Notes: generated by a model from the sequence alone, not told the origin. A stretch of 64,000 nucleotides of DNA from a virus (IMGVR_UViG_3300026549_000051:32001-96000); one strand, 5' to 3'; shown: positions 8,566 to 16,863, numbered from the stretch's first letter. Program-made: numbers and translations.

Positions 8566-9735
8566 TTATTCTCCTTGTTTTTTAGTGATTAATTCGATTA
8601 TATGCTTAATGAAAGCAATAATCTTCTCAAGAATGCCCACCGTCGGGTCTGCCGGTTCTGGTTCAGGGGTCGGCTCCGGCTCTGGAGTTGGCTCTGGTTC
8701 CGGTTCTGGTGCAGGAATCTCATGCAAGTCCGAAAAAGCAAAGCCGTTATTGATGTTCTTAGAAGAACTGTATTTCGTGCGAAGATAAAGCACGCCATTA
8801 AACGTCGCCTTTTGGTCGAACTCCATGCGCACATCCGCGCCATAGGTTTTCACGACCTCTCCAGTCTCAACGTTGACCAGCTTTGCTCCGTCGTTAGTAA
8901 GCAGAATACGAGGTTCGTCCATCGGCACCCAGGTTAGCTTCTCTGGATATACTGGGTTAGGATAAGTAAAGCCGTTAGATTTAAGGCTGTTATAGGTTAT
9001 CGGGCCTACGTTGCCGTCGGCCTCGAGGCCATTAAGCTCTTGGTATCGTTTGACTGCACCAGCGATATTGTCACCGTAGTAATCGCCCAGGGCTGCCTCA
9101 GGAGTGAACTCTGGATACTTGGCGCGCATCCAGTTGGCGAGCACCGCAATGCGTTCATTTTGGTCGCCCTTCGTCCAGTATCCATTAGGGTATGGCAAGA
9201 AGCCGTCGCAGTATGACGGGTTAAATTGCTCACCACTATTAATGGCGTTAGCTCGGTTTGCTAGCTCCTGCATCTTGCCACGGAGATAATCTCCAGGGCA
9301 GGTCGTAGCGGCATACATCGAGTGCCAGGTTAAGTTCTTACCTGGGACTAATGTTCCTAGTCCGTTACGCTTAGCGATGTCTGCCACCAATTCCACCAGC
9401 TTATTGAAGGTGAGTTCTGATACTGGCCAGCTGCCGCCAGTAGAGCTATTAGACGTTTCGATCGAAACGGTAGTGCAGTTTGATTGCCAGTTGCTGTCTG
9501 ACCATGCACGGTCACTCTCGTTAACATATAGGCCAATCTTCCCATCAGAGCCGACACCGTAATGGGCGGAGCCATTCCGACCAGCTTTCGCAAAAATGCT
9601 ACCGCATTGTGCAGCGGTTAGTACGCCAGCCATATGATGGACAGTGATGTGGGTGATTTTATATCCCCCACGACCAGCCGTATAGTTACCGGAGTGTGCC
9701 TTTACAGTTACGTTCACAAGAGGGCTGTTGCTCAT
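8566..9735 (-). CDS. Endolysin: N-acetylmuramoyl-L-alanine amidase (Amidase_2) + PG-binding domain
   Basis: ITVHHMAG, SAHYGV, SIE, WHS..ATTCPG zinc-amidase motifs; AVKRYQELNGLEADGNVGPIT PG_binding_1 motif; Pro-Glu linker and amphipathic C-terminal helix. Confidence 0.92.
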   Translation of the reverse strand: MSNSPLVNVTVKAHSGNYTAGRGGYKITHITVHHMAGVLTAAQCGSIFAKAGRNGSAHYGVGSDGKIGLYVNESDRAWSDSNWQSNCTTVSIETSNSSTGGSWPVSELTFNKLVELVADIAKRNGLGTLVPGKNLTWHSMYAATTCPGDYLRGKMQELANRANAINSGEQFNPSYCDGFLPYPNGYWTKGDQNERIAVLANWMRAKYPEFTPEAALGDYYGDNIAGAVKRYQELNGLEADGNVGPITYNSLKSNGFTYPNPVYPEKLTWVPMDEPRILLTNDGAKLVNVETGEVVKTYGADVRMEFDQKATFNGVLYLRTKYSSSKNINNGFAFSDLHEIPAPEPEPEPTPEPEPTPEPEPADPTVGILEKIIAFIKHIIELITKKQGE

Positions 9736-9863
9736 TTCTTAGCCCCTTTCTTCTTACCAGGCTTTTTGCCTGGACCCATATCGGCAAGCTCGTTGTCGAT
9801 AAAGGACTTTTCCTCCTTATGAACGGTAATGGCTGAGAGAAGAGTTTTTAGCTTTCCCATCAT
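9732..9863 (-). CDS. Conserved 43-aa peptide upstream of endolysin
   Basis: AGGAGG RBS; MMGKLKTLLSAITVHKEEKSFIDNELADMGPGKKPGKKKGAKK; ATGA overlap with endolysin; core conserved at 50465-50548. Confidence 0.75.
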   Translation of the reverse strand: MMGKLKTLLSAITVHKEEKSFIDNELADMGPGKKPGKKKGAKK

Positions 9864-9892
9864 TTCCTCCTTTTCATATATACTTATTATAT

Positions 9893-10297
9893 ATGGAAGA
9901 ACCTAACACTAGCAAAACATTCGACCATGCTAAAGCTGGGATAGGGGACAGAATCGCGGCCATAGGAGAGATGGAACACGCTCGCCGTCATGCCATCAGG
10001 TCTGCTATTTCAGCCGAAGATGAGGGGACTTCGTTTAACTTCTTAGTGTGGGCTAAACAGTTACAAGATATGCGCCGTGCTTATATGAATAAACACTTCG
10101 GCGACATAGATGATAAGTATTGGTGTCTCTGCAAGAGCGCTGCATGCCTAAGGCAGATCGCCTATGAGGTGGACGGAGACGACCTAGAGTTTCTTAAAGA
10201 GGTGGATAACCTCGTGGATAATATTTGGGGCACCGCAGTGGACAAAGACCTGTCTGACTGTGAGGCATGCAGGGACGATAAAAACGCCCCAGAGTAG
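9893..10297 (+). CDS. Cys-motif hypothetical protein linked to the lysis cassette
   Basis: WCLCKSAACLRQ and DCEACRDD; homolog 50016-50429 is also divergent from its endolysin. Confidence 0.8.
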   Translation: MEEPNTSKTFDHAKAGIGDRIAAIGEMEHARRHAIRSAISAEDEGTSFNFLVWAKQLQDMRRAYMNKHFGDIDDKYWCLCKSAACLRQIAYEVDGDDLEFLKEVDNLVDNIWGTAVDKDLSDCEACRDDKNAPE

Positions 10298-10344
10298 AGC
10301 GTTGGTTATAATAAAACTATGAGTGATAATAAGGAAAATAAATA

Positions 10345-11268
10345 ATGGCATTTGTAGATACACTGCGGGAAACGCAAAGATATACCCAAGACGACGCTGA
10401 GCGTAGGGCTAACATTGTAAAAGATTGGGACAAGCTATCCCAGCAATTTACAGATTCTTATAATTCATACCTGAAGAATACAGGTCGGAAAGAAATATCT
10501 GAATTAACTGCTCGCCAGAAGCTACGCGACTTCATTGGAAAAGCCGGAACAGAAGACGGGAAATGGTCCAGCGATGATTACTCGAATTCCAATTACGACG
10601 AGTATGACTTCCAAAAGTATGGAACCCAGACAATCAAAGACTTGCTCGGCGAAAATGGAACTATGGACTTCGGCTCCTATGTAGCGAAATATGGAAATGC
10701 TGACCAGAAAAGAGCTTACGAAAAACAAAACAAAGAACAAAGCACTGGAGAGAAAGTAGCAAAGGGTGTGGGACTTGGGGCAGGACTTGGTGCCCTAGCA
10801 GCGACAGGCCCAATTGGTTGGGCGGCATTTTCGACTGGAGCTGGAATTGGGTCACTATTAAAGTCTGGTTCCGAGAAGTCGCTATCAGATTTAGAGAAAA
10901 AATATACAGAGGAACATAATAACGCACTTAATACTGCGTTTGATGCTTTTGAAAATGCAGACAAGTACCTATCTAATAGAGACAAGGTGGGAGCAGGAGC
11001 AGGAGCAGGAGCTAGCACCGGAGGCGATAGCTCGACCGCCGCAGCTTCTGGTGACGAAGTAACATTCCAACTCGATCGTGCCAACGACCCGAACTACAAA
11101 GGTTTTGGCCAGAAAATCGTTGACCTTGGTCTCGCTACGGATAAAGGTCTATGGGGAAGTAATGGAGATGTCGCCTTCTACACCAAACAGCTTTATGACC
11201 AGGGTGCACTTGACGCAAATGGCAATCTTAAGATTGGTGTACCGATTAAACTTAAAAGGCGTAAATAG
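10345..11268 (+). CDS. Hypothetical protein with Gly/Ala hydrophobic segment and possible divergent LysM-like C-terminus
   Basis: GVGLGAGLGALAATGPIGWAAF segment; ends NLKIGVPIKL; the LysM resemblance is weak. Confidence 0.5.
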   Translation: MAFVDTLRETQRYTQDDAERRANIVKDWDKLSQQFTDSYNSYLKNTGRKEISELTARQKLRDFIGKAGTEDGKWSSDDYSNSNYDEYDFQKYGTQTIKDLLGENGTMDFGSYVAKYGNADQKRAYEKQNKEQSTGEKVAKGVGLGAGLGALAATGPIGWAAFSTGAGIGSLLKSGSEKSLSDLEKKYTEEHNNALNTAFDAFENADKYLSNRDKVGAGAGAGASTGGDSSTAAASGDEVTFQLDRANDPNYKGFGQKIVDLGLATDKGLWGSNGDVAFYTKQLYDQGALDANGNLKIGVPIKLKRRK

Positions 11269-11297
11269 GCAAGCAAGAACATCGGACGCTAACACTA

Positions 11298-11327
11298 AAA
11301 AAGAAGCCCCATCTGGGGCTCTTTTTT
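11298..11327. terminator. Bidirectional terminator
   Basis: AAAAAGAAGCCCC-ATCT-GGGGCTCTTTTTT at the convergence of + and - blocks. Confidence 0.75.
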
Positions 11328-11409
11328 ATTTCTTCTTTTTAGTTTCGCCTTCCATCACAACGATGAAAGCTACGGCTAAGAAGAGTCCAAACAATATAAC
11401 ACCTAACAT
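11326..11409 (-). CDS. 27-aa membrane peptide
   Basis: MLGVILFGLFLAVAFIVVMEGETKKKK; TAATG-coupled to the upstream gene. Confidence 0.55.
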   Translation of the reverse strand: MLGVILFGLFLAVAFIVVMEGETKKKK

Positions 11410-11672
11410 TATTCTGTAAACCACTCGTCTTCAATATGCGGTTCTTTTTTGTTCTTAGCTGGACCTCGTCGCGAAATAACTCCGCCTTTAGCTCCTGCTA
11501 CCTTGGCTCGCTCTGGGCCAGTAAGCCCATCCTTGCCTGGTTCTTCAGAAGCGAACCCACCAGTGTGTCCGTTCTTTCCGCCTTTGCGACCAATGTTAAC
11601 GTAGAACTCTCTACCATATTTTGCTTTATTTGTTGCGGCGGCTTTAAGACCACCAGCTACCGTGCCTGGCAT
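11409..11672 (-). CDS. KGG-repeat general stress protein-like
   Basis: EFYVNIGRKGGKNG and AKVAGAKGG repeats; AGGAG RBS. Confidence 0.8.
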   Translation of the reverse strand: MPGTVAGGLKAAATNKAKYGREFYVNIGRKGGKNGHTGGFASEEPGKDGLTGPERAKVAGAKGGVISRRGPAKNKKEPHIEDEWFTE

Positions 11673-11709
11673 AGCTTTTTCTCCTTATATTAATTATGGT
11701 TATATTTTA

Positions 11710-12558
11710 TTACGCTTGTGTATCTTCGTCAAGCAGTTTGTCGATTTCGTCGAACACTCCTCCGCTAAATGGATTTTGGAGGTTACGGATATTATCCTTC
11801 TCGTTTGCCTTCTCCATTGCTTCCTGCCATTCCCCCTGACTCTTATATGGGGAATTGTAGGTATTTTCCCCCACAATAACCTTCCATCCCTTCCAGCGCT
11901 TGTGTCTAGGGACATCTTCCTCGTAGAATTTAATGTCATACTTCTTGATTAGCGACAGCATCTCGTCTCGGAGTTCTGGGACATCCACATACTCTAGGTA
12001 TGTGCCATAGACCCTGAGCGGCTCGTCCTTATGCTCGAGGTTATACTTATGCACAAGACTGAAGCAGTTTTCCACAACCCTTAACACATATGATTTTGGG
12101 TATAGTGGGTTCTTGTTCTTAAACATCGTGATAAGTCTGCCACTATGGATGCCGTCATGGCAGGTGCGACAGATAGCTACCACACGCTCGAACTTACCAG
12201 TCTGCTTATCGTAGTCATAACTGAACAGCTCATGAGCATGAAGGTCGCCCTTCTTTGGTTCACGACCACAAATCTCGCACTTATACCCAGCGTTGTAATA
12301 TGCGCTCTTTCGCATGAAGTCCCAAGTAGTCTTGCCGAAGATGGTGCGAGGCTGCATACCCTGACCATGAAGAGGACGAGGGACATTCGGCATTGTGATT
12401 AACGGGATACCAGTCCCCTCAGGACATCGCCATTGCTTGACCTTTTCCACATCGAATGGCTCCATCGGTTTAAGAAGATCTCTAGCCTCGGCTTCCCCCA
12501 TAGCCATCATAGAGTCGTCCACCATCTGCTCGGTCAATAACTTTTTAACCGCCCCCAT
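11710..12558 (-). CDS. HNH-like zinc-binding protein
   Basis: YKCEICG..LHAHE..ICRTCHDGIH. Confidence 0.6.
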   Translation of the reverse strand: MGAVKKLLTEQMVDDSMMAMGEAEARDLLKPMEPFDVEKVKQWRCPEGTGIPLITMPNVPRPLHGQGMQPRTIFGKTTWDFMRKSAYYNAGYKCEICGREPKKGDLHAHELFSYDYDKQTGKFERVVAICRTCHDGIHSGRLITMFKNKNPLYPKSYVLRVVENCFSLVHKYNLEHKDEPLRVYGTYLEYVDVPELRDEMLSLIKKYDIKFYEEDVPRHKRWKGWKVIVGENTYNSPYKSQGEWQEAMEKANEKDNIRNLQNPFSGGVFDEIDKLLDEDTQA

Positions 12559-12860
12559 TAGTCTTTCATCCTATTATTTTCAGTCACCGTAGCCTCTTCG
12601 CTACTCTCCAAGAGTGCATCAATAATTTTAAGCAGATGCCTATACTCATCTTCGCTAGCCTTAAAAGCTTTCTTAGAACGACGGATATCTATATCTGCAC
12701 CATTATCAAGCATCTCCTGCATATATTCCTCAAAGTCTTCAGCACGATACTTGAGGAATTTTTCCCCAGCCTCTTTTATCATTCTACGCACGGCTGTAAC
12801 GCTTACAAAGAAACCATCCGGCGTGAACACCGCCTCAGGTTTTTTATTTTTCTTAAACAT
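12558..12860 (-). CDS. Hypothetical protein
   Basis: Coupled within the - strand operon. Confidence 0.65.
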   Translation of the reverse strand: MFKKNKKPEAVFTPDGFFVSVTAVRRMIKEAGEKFLKYRAEDFEEYMQEMLDNGADIDIRRSKKAFKASEDEYRHLLKIIDALLESSEEATVTENNRMKD

Positions 12861-13065
12861 TCTCTTTCTCCTCTCTTGCTTTTATCTCGTCCAGTTTCTC
12901 CTTATTATGCTCACGCCAAGCCTTTTGTTTCACGGTAGCTTCGTCGTTGCCACACCATGCGCACCTTCCTTCCGCCACAAAGAAACCATGATTTTCTTTG
13001 CCACATTTTGGGCATCGGACCATATAAAACATATCGTCAGAGGCAAAATTTTCTCCCCAACTCAT
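12853..13065 (-). CDS. Small Zn-ribbon protein
   Basis: CPKC..CAWC; start moved to the ATG overlapping the upstream stop. Confidence 0.65.
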   Translation of the reverse strand: MSWGENFASDDMFYMVRCPKCGKENHGFFVAEGRCAWCGNDEATVKQKAWREHNKEKLDEIKAREEKENV

Positions 13066-13442
13066 TCTTCCTCCTCTCCGCATAGTTCGGCGATAGTATG
13101 TACCTCGCCGTCTTTAAGCGTTGGTATCCAACCGACGAGTTCGATGCTGAAGTCATCGTCGCTCATGTCCGTTAGAACATATATACTTCTGTCTGACTTC
13201 TCGGCATATAAGACGTTCTTAATCGAGTTGATTTCTGCCCACGCTCTGACTGCCTTGCGAATCTTCTCATCTTTGATGAGTGGCTCTTTTGGCGGGTTGT
13301 ATTCCTCGTATGCGGCGTAATCGCCCATTAAATCTTCCACAGTGTCGTAGCCATCTACCTGCATAACTCCGTCGGAGTCGAGGTACATCGCTATAACTCT
13401 GGCTTCCGCGCCAGTCTTCTTGTTTACAAACTTATGTTTCAT
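13062..13442 (-). CDS. Hypothetical protein
   Basis: Operon coupling, AGGAG RBS. Confidence 0.65.
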   Translation of the reverse strand: MKHKFVNKKTGAEARVIAMYLDSDGVMQVDGYDTVEDLMGDYAAYEEYNPPKEPLIKDEKIRKAVRAWAEINSIKNVLYAEKSDRSIYVLTDMSDDDFSIELVGWIPTLKDGEVHTIAELCGEEEE

Positions 13443-13852
13443 TACTCTCCTTTCAAGGTTTTCCTTAAAATATAACCAGTGGACTCTACGCCGTCAGGAA
13501 GTTTGCCATTAAGCTCAATGTATGACTTAACTTTTTTATTATTAATAGTCTTCTTGATATCACATAATGAGTCGTCTACGCTGTCGATATCTGCGGCTTT
13601 GTATTTGCCACTTGGTGTCAGCTTGAGCTTAATATAATCATTCTCGTGCTCGGACATCTTATGCTCAATCATATACTCTTTAACCATTGCCCATAGAGCT
13701 TCGAGAGCTTCGTCGTTATGTTTCTTCTCGGCAAGATAGTCGGCGAACTGTTTACTCTGTAACGCCAGTTCGTCTGCGCGAATTGCCAAGCTTTTCTCTT
13801 TATCTACTGCCTCGTCAATTAACTGATCGAGAGCCTCCAAATCATTGTTCAT
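13442..13852 (-). CDS. Gp157/Gam-like coiled-coil protein
   Basis: Coiled coil followed by INNKKVKSYIELNGKLPDGVE; lies in the recombination cluster. Confidence 0.45.
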   Translation of the reverse strand: MNNDLEALDQLIDEAVDKEKSLAIRADELALQSKQFADYLAEKKHNDEALEALWAMVKEYMIEHKMSEHENDYIKLKLTPSGKYKAADIDSVDDSLCDIKKTINNKKVKSYIELNGKLPDGVESTGYILRKTLKGE

Positions 13853-13863
13853 TGCTTTTCCCC

Positions 13864-14082
13864 CTATACGCTCAGCATAATCATCATTGCAAGGACGAAT
13901 ATTATACCTAATACAATTTCAAATACGCCTAACACCTTAGCCCAAGCGCTCCCCTTGAGTGCCAGCGCACCGAGTACAATGGACGCAATGCCCATAATGC
14001 CGCCCATCACAAAGATGCCAATAATAATAGTTACGATTCCTGCAATAGCGAAGCCGTTGCTTGTTTGTTCTTGATTGTTCAT
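13864..14082 (-). CDS. Small membrane protein (DUF4190-like)
   Basis: SNGFAIAGIV..ASIVLGALAL hydrophobic hairpins. Confidence 0.6.
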   Translation of the reverse strand: MNNQEQTSNGFAIAGIVTIIIGIFVMGGIMGIASIVLGALALKGSAWAKVLGVFEIVLGIIFVLAMMIMLSV

Positions 14083-14195
14083 TTCTTCTTCTCCAAATTC
14101 TTACTTAAAAATTCACATATATCGTAGGCAAGCGTGAGACTTTTTTCTTCTTCCCACTCTGCCACCATTGCTTTTAATTGTTCTAGTTTTGTCAT
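14079..14195 (-). CDS. 38-aa protein related to the N-terminal extension of the MazG-like gene
   Basis: GGAGG RBS; MTKLEQLKAMVAEWEEEKSLTLAYDICEFLSKNLEKKK; ATGA overlap. Confidence 0.65.
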   Translation of the reverse strand: MTKLEQLKAMVAEWEEEKSLTLAYDICEFLSKNLEKKK

Positions 14196-14251
14196 AGCTT
14201 ACCTCCAAATTTAGTTTTTAGTTGCCCCACTAGGCAGGGGCACGCCTTATA

Positions 14252-14773
14252 TTAAAACGGTAAATCAACGTCAGATAAGTCGACTTCTTCCGCACCAGCC
14301 ATTGGCTCTTCCTTCTTGTCGCTGTCACGACGCATGGCGACTGAGCGATCGGTAAACTCTGCGCGAGAGTATTTACCTTCAGTATAGACTTCGATTTCTA
14401 CCTCAGGCTTTTTAGCGAGTAAGGTCTCAAAGCCCTTAAGATATGCTTTAGCCGCATACTCGAAGTCATCCTTCGCTTCGGCTAGTTCGCAACACTTCTT
14501 GGCTTTCTCTTCAGTAGCACCGAGAGCTACGAACAAATCTTTCATATGCTTAATACGCCAGCCAGCTTTGTCTTTAACCATCCAGTGGTCGGCGGTTGGG
14601 AACTGGAAGTTGTCAGTGTCTTCAAAGTGGAACTTAACAACTTTGTTGCCCTTAGTACCAGCGTCTTTAATTTCTACGCCGTCACACTTTACTGTGTATG
14701 TGCCATCATCAGCGTAGTCTTTGTATTGTGAGCCATACTGCTCTTCAATATCATCCCAGTTAATACCTGCCAT
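14252..14773 (-). CDS. Phage ssDNA-binding protein (DUF669-like)
   Basis: DGTYTVKC..KFHF OB-like core, acidic tail ending DLPF, next to Sak4. Confidence 0.7.
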   Translation of the reverse strand: MAGINWDDIEEQYGSQYKDYADDGTYTVKCDGVEIKDAGTKGNKVVKFHFEDTDNFQFPTADHWMVKDKAGWRIKHMKDLFVALGATEEKAKKCCELAEAKDDFEYAAKAYLKGFETLLAKKPEVEIEVYTEGKYSRAEFTDRSVAMRRDSDKKEEPMAGAEEVDLSDVDLPF

Positions 14774-14775
14774 AA

Positions 14776-15483
14776 CTATTTCTCCTTTTTAGGTTTTAAG
14801 ATTTCATTAATATCTACCTCATCGATATCGACTTCACCAGTCTTACCGAGGCGGTTTTTAGCCAACGCAACGTTATCGCTTTCGAGCACCAACTTGCGTT
14901 TGCCTTCGGCATCCTTCTTAAGATAGAAGACGTTATCACACCACTCCACAAATACATTCATGGTGTTCACGTCGATCTTCGGACTAATCTGCTCAACATC
15001 CACACCATCAGCATCCATAATATGCTTCTTATCGGCATGGGCGATGAGGCAAATGCCGTAGCCCTTTTTATTTAATGCCACTAAAGTAGGCAACAACTTT
15101 GTGCGGATATGGTTCTCAAGCACCTGCTTGCCATTACCGTAGCCACCGTTAGAACGGTTAAGTGTTTCCTCGAGGTTGCGGGAGTCAATGCCAGCAGCCT
15201 GTTCTACCACCTTACGCACCATCCAGTCGGTCGAGTCGATAACTAGCGTATCGAACTGACGCTCCTTCGCATGGTACAAGTCGGCGAGGTCTTCGTAGAA
15301 CTTCTTTAAGTCTTGGTATTGCTTGGTGCGTTTGACGCCAAGGTAATTCAAGCCTCCCTCGAAGTCCATAAACAATGGATTCTTGAGCTTCGATGCCAGC
15401 GTAGATTTGCCTACGCCGCTGAGACCATAGATCATTACCTTTGGTGCGGTCAATGTGACACCTTCAATAATGTCTAAACTCAT
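14776..15483 (-). CDS. Sak4-like ATPase recombinase (AAA_24)
   Basis: MIYGLSGVGKST Walker A, MDFEGG, LVIDS, LIAH, AKNR. Confidence 0.85.
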   Translation of the reverse strand: MSLDIIEGVTLTAPKVMIYGLSGVGKSTLASKLKNPLFMDFEGGLNYLGVKRTKQYQDLKKFYEDLADLYHAKERQFDTLVIDSTDWMVRKVVEQAAGIDSRNLEETLNRSNGGYGNGKQVLENHIRTKLLPTLVALNKKGYGICLIAHADKKHIMDADGVDVEQISPKIDVNTMNVFVEWCDNVFYLKKDAEGKRKLVLESDNVALAKNRLGKTGEVDIDEVDINEILKPKKEK

Positions 15484-15519
15484 CCGAGTCCTTTCCAAAT
15501 TGTATTGTTATTATTTATA

Positions 15520-15765
15520 GTTTCCCCCTACCTTCATTTTACCATACATATTCGACCATGTGTATGGAGCAGATGGGCAATGGAACCAAGAACTTTTTGA
15601 CAAAAAGTTTATCAACTCACGAGGTACAAATGTGAATTTTTTGATGAAAAGTCTATGCGTAAAAGTGAAGGTAATACAACAAAGATTGTAAAAATACGCT
15701 ACCCATCTGCCTCTAGTTTGTGAAGAACCACCACGCTCTTTAACGCCTGACATGGCACGAAGGCA
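15520..15765 (-). ncRNA. Candidate pseudoknotted structured RNA
   Basis: Two crossing long helices plus several local hairpins (see findings). Confidence 0.5.
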
Positions 15766-15770
15766 TTTGT

Positions 15771-16139
15771 TTAGTGGAAGAAGCCTTTTGGCTTCGTATT
15801 GTCCGCGATAAGCGAGACCTTCTCGAGAATCTTGTTCAAGACCTCGATGACGATTTCAGCCTGAGCTTCCGTGAAATTGATTTCAAGTGGCGTGGTTACA
15901 GACTCGCTAATTGCCTCTGCAATTCTCTCCCCCTCGGTTTTACTAGAGGTGTTCTTTTGTAGGACAAAAGTTCGATATTCATCAAGGTCTTCTGCCTTCT
16001 TAATACGCCAGAATGTTGACTGGCTAATATTCATAGCTCGCTGGATCTCTCTGCCAGATAAGCCTGTGTCAATTAGTGTTTTGACTGCATTAAAACTATG
16101 CTCGTCAATTTTGCGATATTTACGAACCTTCTTGTTCAT
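15771..16139 (-). CDS. HTH transcriptional regulator
   Basis: GLSGREIQRAMNISQSTFWRIK helix-turn-helix. Confidence 0.75.
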   Translation of the reverse strand: MNKKVRKYRKIDEHSFNAVKTLIDTGLSGREIQRAMNISQSTFWRIKKAEDLDEYRTFVLQKNTSSKTEGERIAEAISESVTTPLEINFTEAQAEIVIEVLNKILEKVSLIADNTKPKGFFH

Positions 16140-16203
16140 TTGTTTTCTCCAATTAAATTAATATTACATTCACTTTTGTTTGTGTTGTTTTAAACATATC
16201 ACA

Positions 16204-16863
16204 CTATTTTCCTTCAGTCAATTCCTCCTCCAATTTCTTGCACCAGTTCTTCTCCGAGAAGTCTGACTTGCCTTTTAAACAGGCGTAGATGTCATCTTCG
16301 ATAGTTCCCACCGACTTTTGTCTTTTGTAGGCGTCTCGCTTCTGCTTGAGCCTAGCATTATGGCGGCACTCATCGCTACAATATTTTGTTGTACCACTTG
16401 GGACAAATTCTTCGCCACAGAAACTGCAACGCGGATAATCGCCAGCTTTTATACGCTTATATGTTTTGGTGTACTTATAGCCATTATTTTTAAGCGACCT
16501 CCTATTTACCTCCCTTCTCCCATTAAGTCTACACTCGCTACTGCAATATGTATTATGTTTCTCATATGGAACAAATTTTTTTCCACAGAAACAACAGTAA
16601 GCTGTTCTTTTGACATACGGTGCTCTAATAGGCTCGTTATTTGCATGCCATTTCTTATGGCACTTCACGCAAAGCCAGGAAACTTCCAGAGGTTTATTAT
16701 AATCGTTATGGTGTGCTTCCACTTTCTCAGTAGAGCCACAGCATTCACACGGCATCTTAGCCATTGTCCCAGACTTAATCGCCTTACGGACTAATGAGTG
16801 AGCCCTGTGCTCAGCCCTGAACTTCATATATTGATCATGCGTTTTCTCTTGTTCTGTCTTCAT
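16204..16863 (-). CDS. HNH homing endonuclease with Zn-finger repeats, fused to the displaced helicase C-terminus
   Basis: CECCG..EAHHNDY..WLCVKCHKKWH; two CxxCG..YCSxEC fingers; last ~35 aa duplicate the helicase end. Confidence 0.8.
   Translation of the reverse strand: MKTEQEKTHDQYMKFRAEHRAHSLVRKAIKSGTMAKMPCECCGSTEKVEAHHNDYNKPLEVSWLCVKCHKKWHANNEPIRAPYVKRTAYCCFCGKKFVPYEKHNTYCSSECRLNGRREVNRRSLKNNGYKYTKTYKRIKAGDYPRCSFCGEEFVPSGTTKYCSDECRHNARLKQKRDAYKRQKSVGTIEDDIYACLKGKSDFSEKNWCKKLEEELTEGK

Noticed and set aside
9760-9810. 2A/StopGo-like peptide (..DMGPG)
   Set aside because: Does not match D(V/I)ExNPGP, and the endolysin has its own start in another frame.
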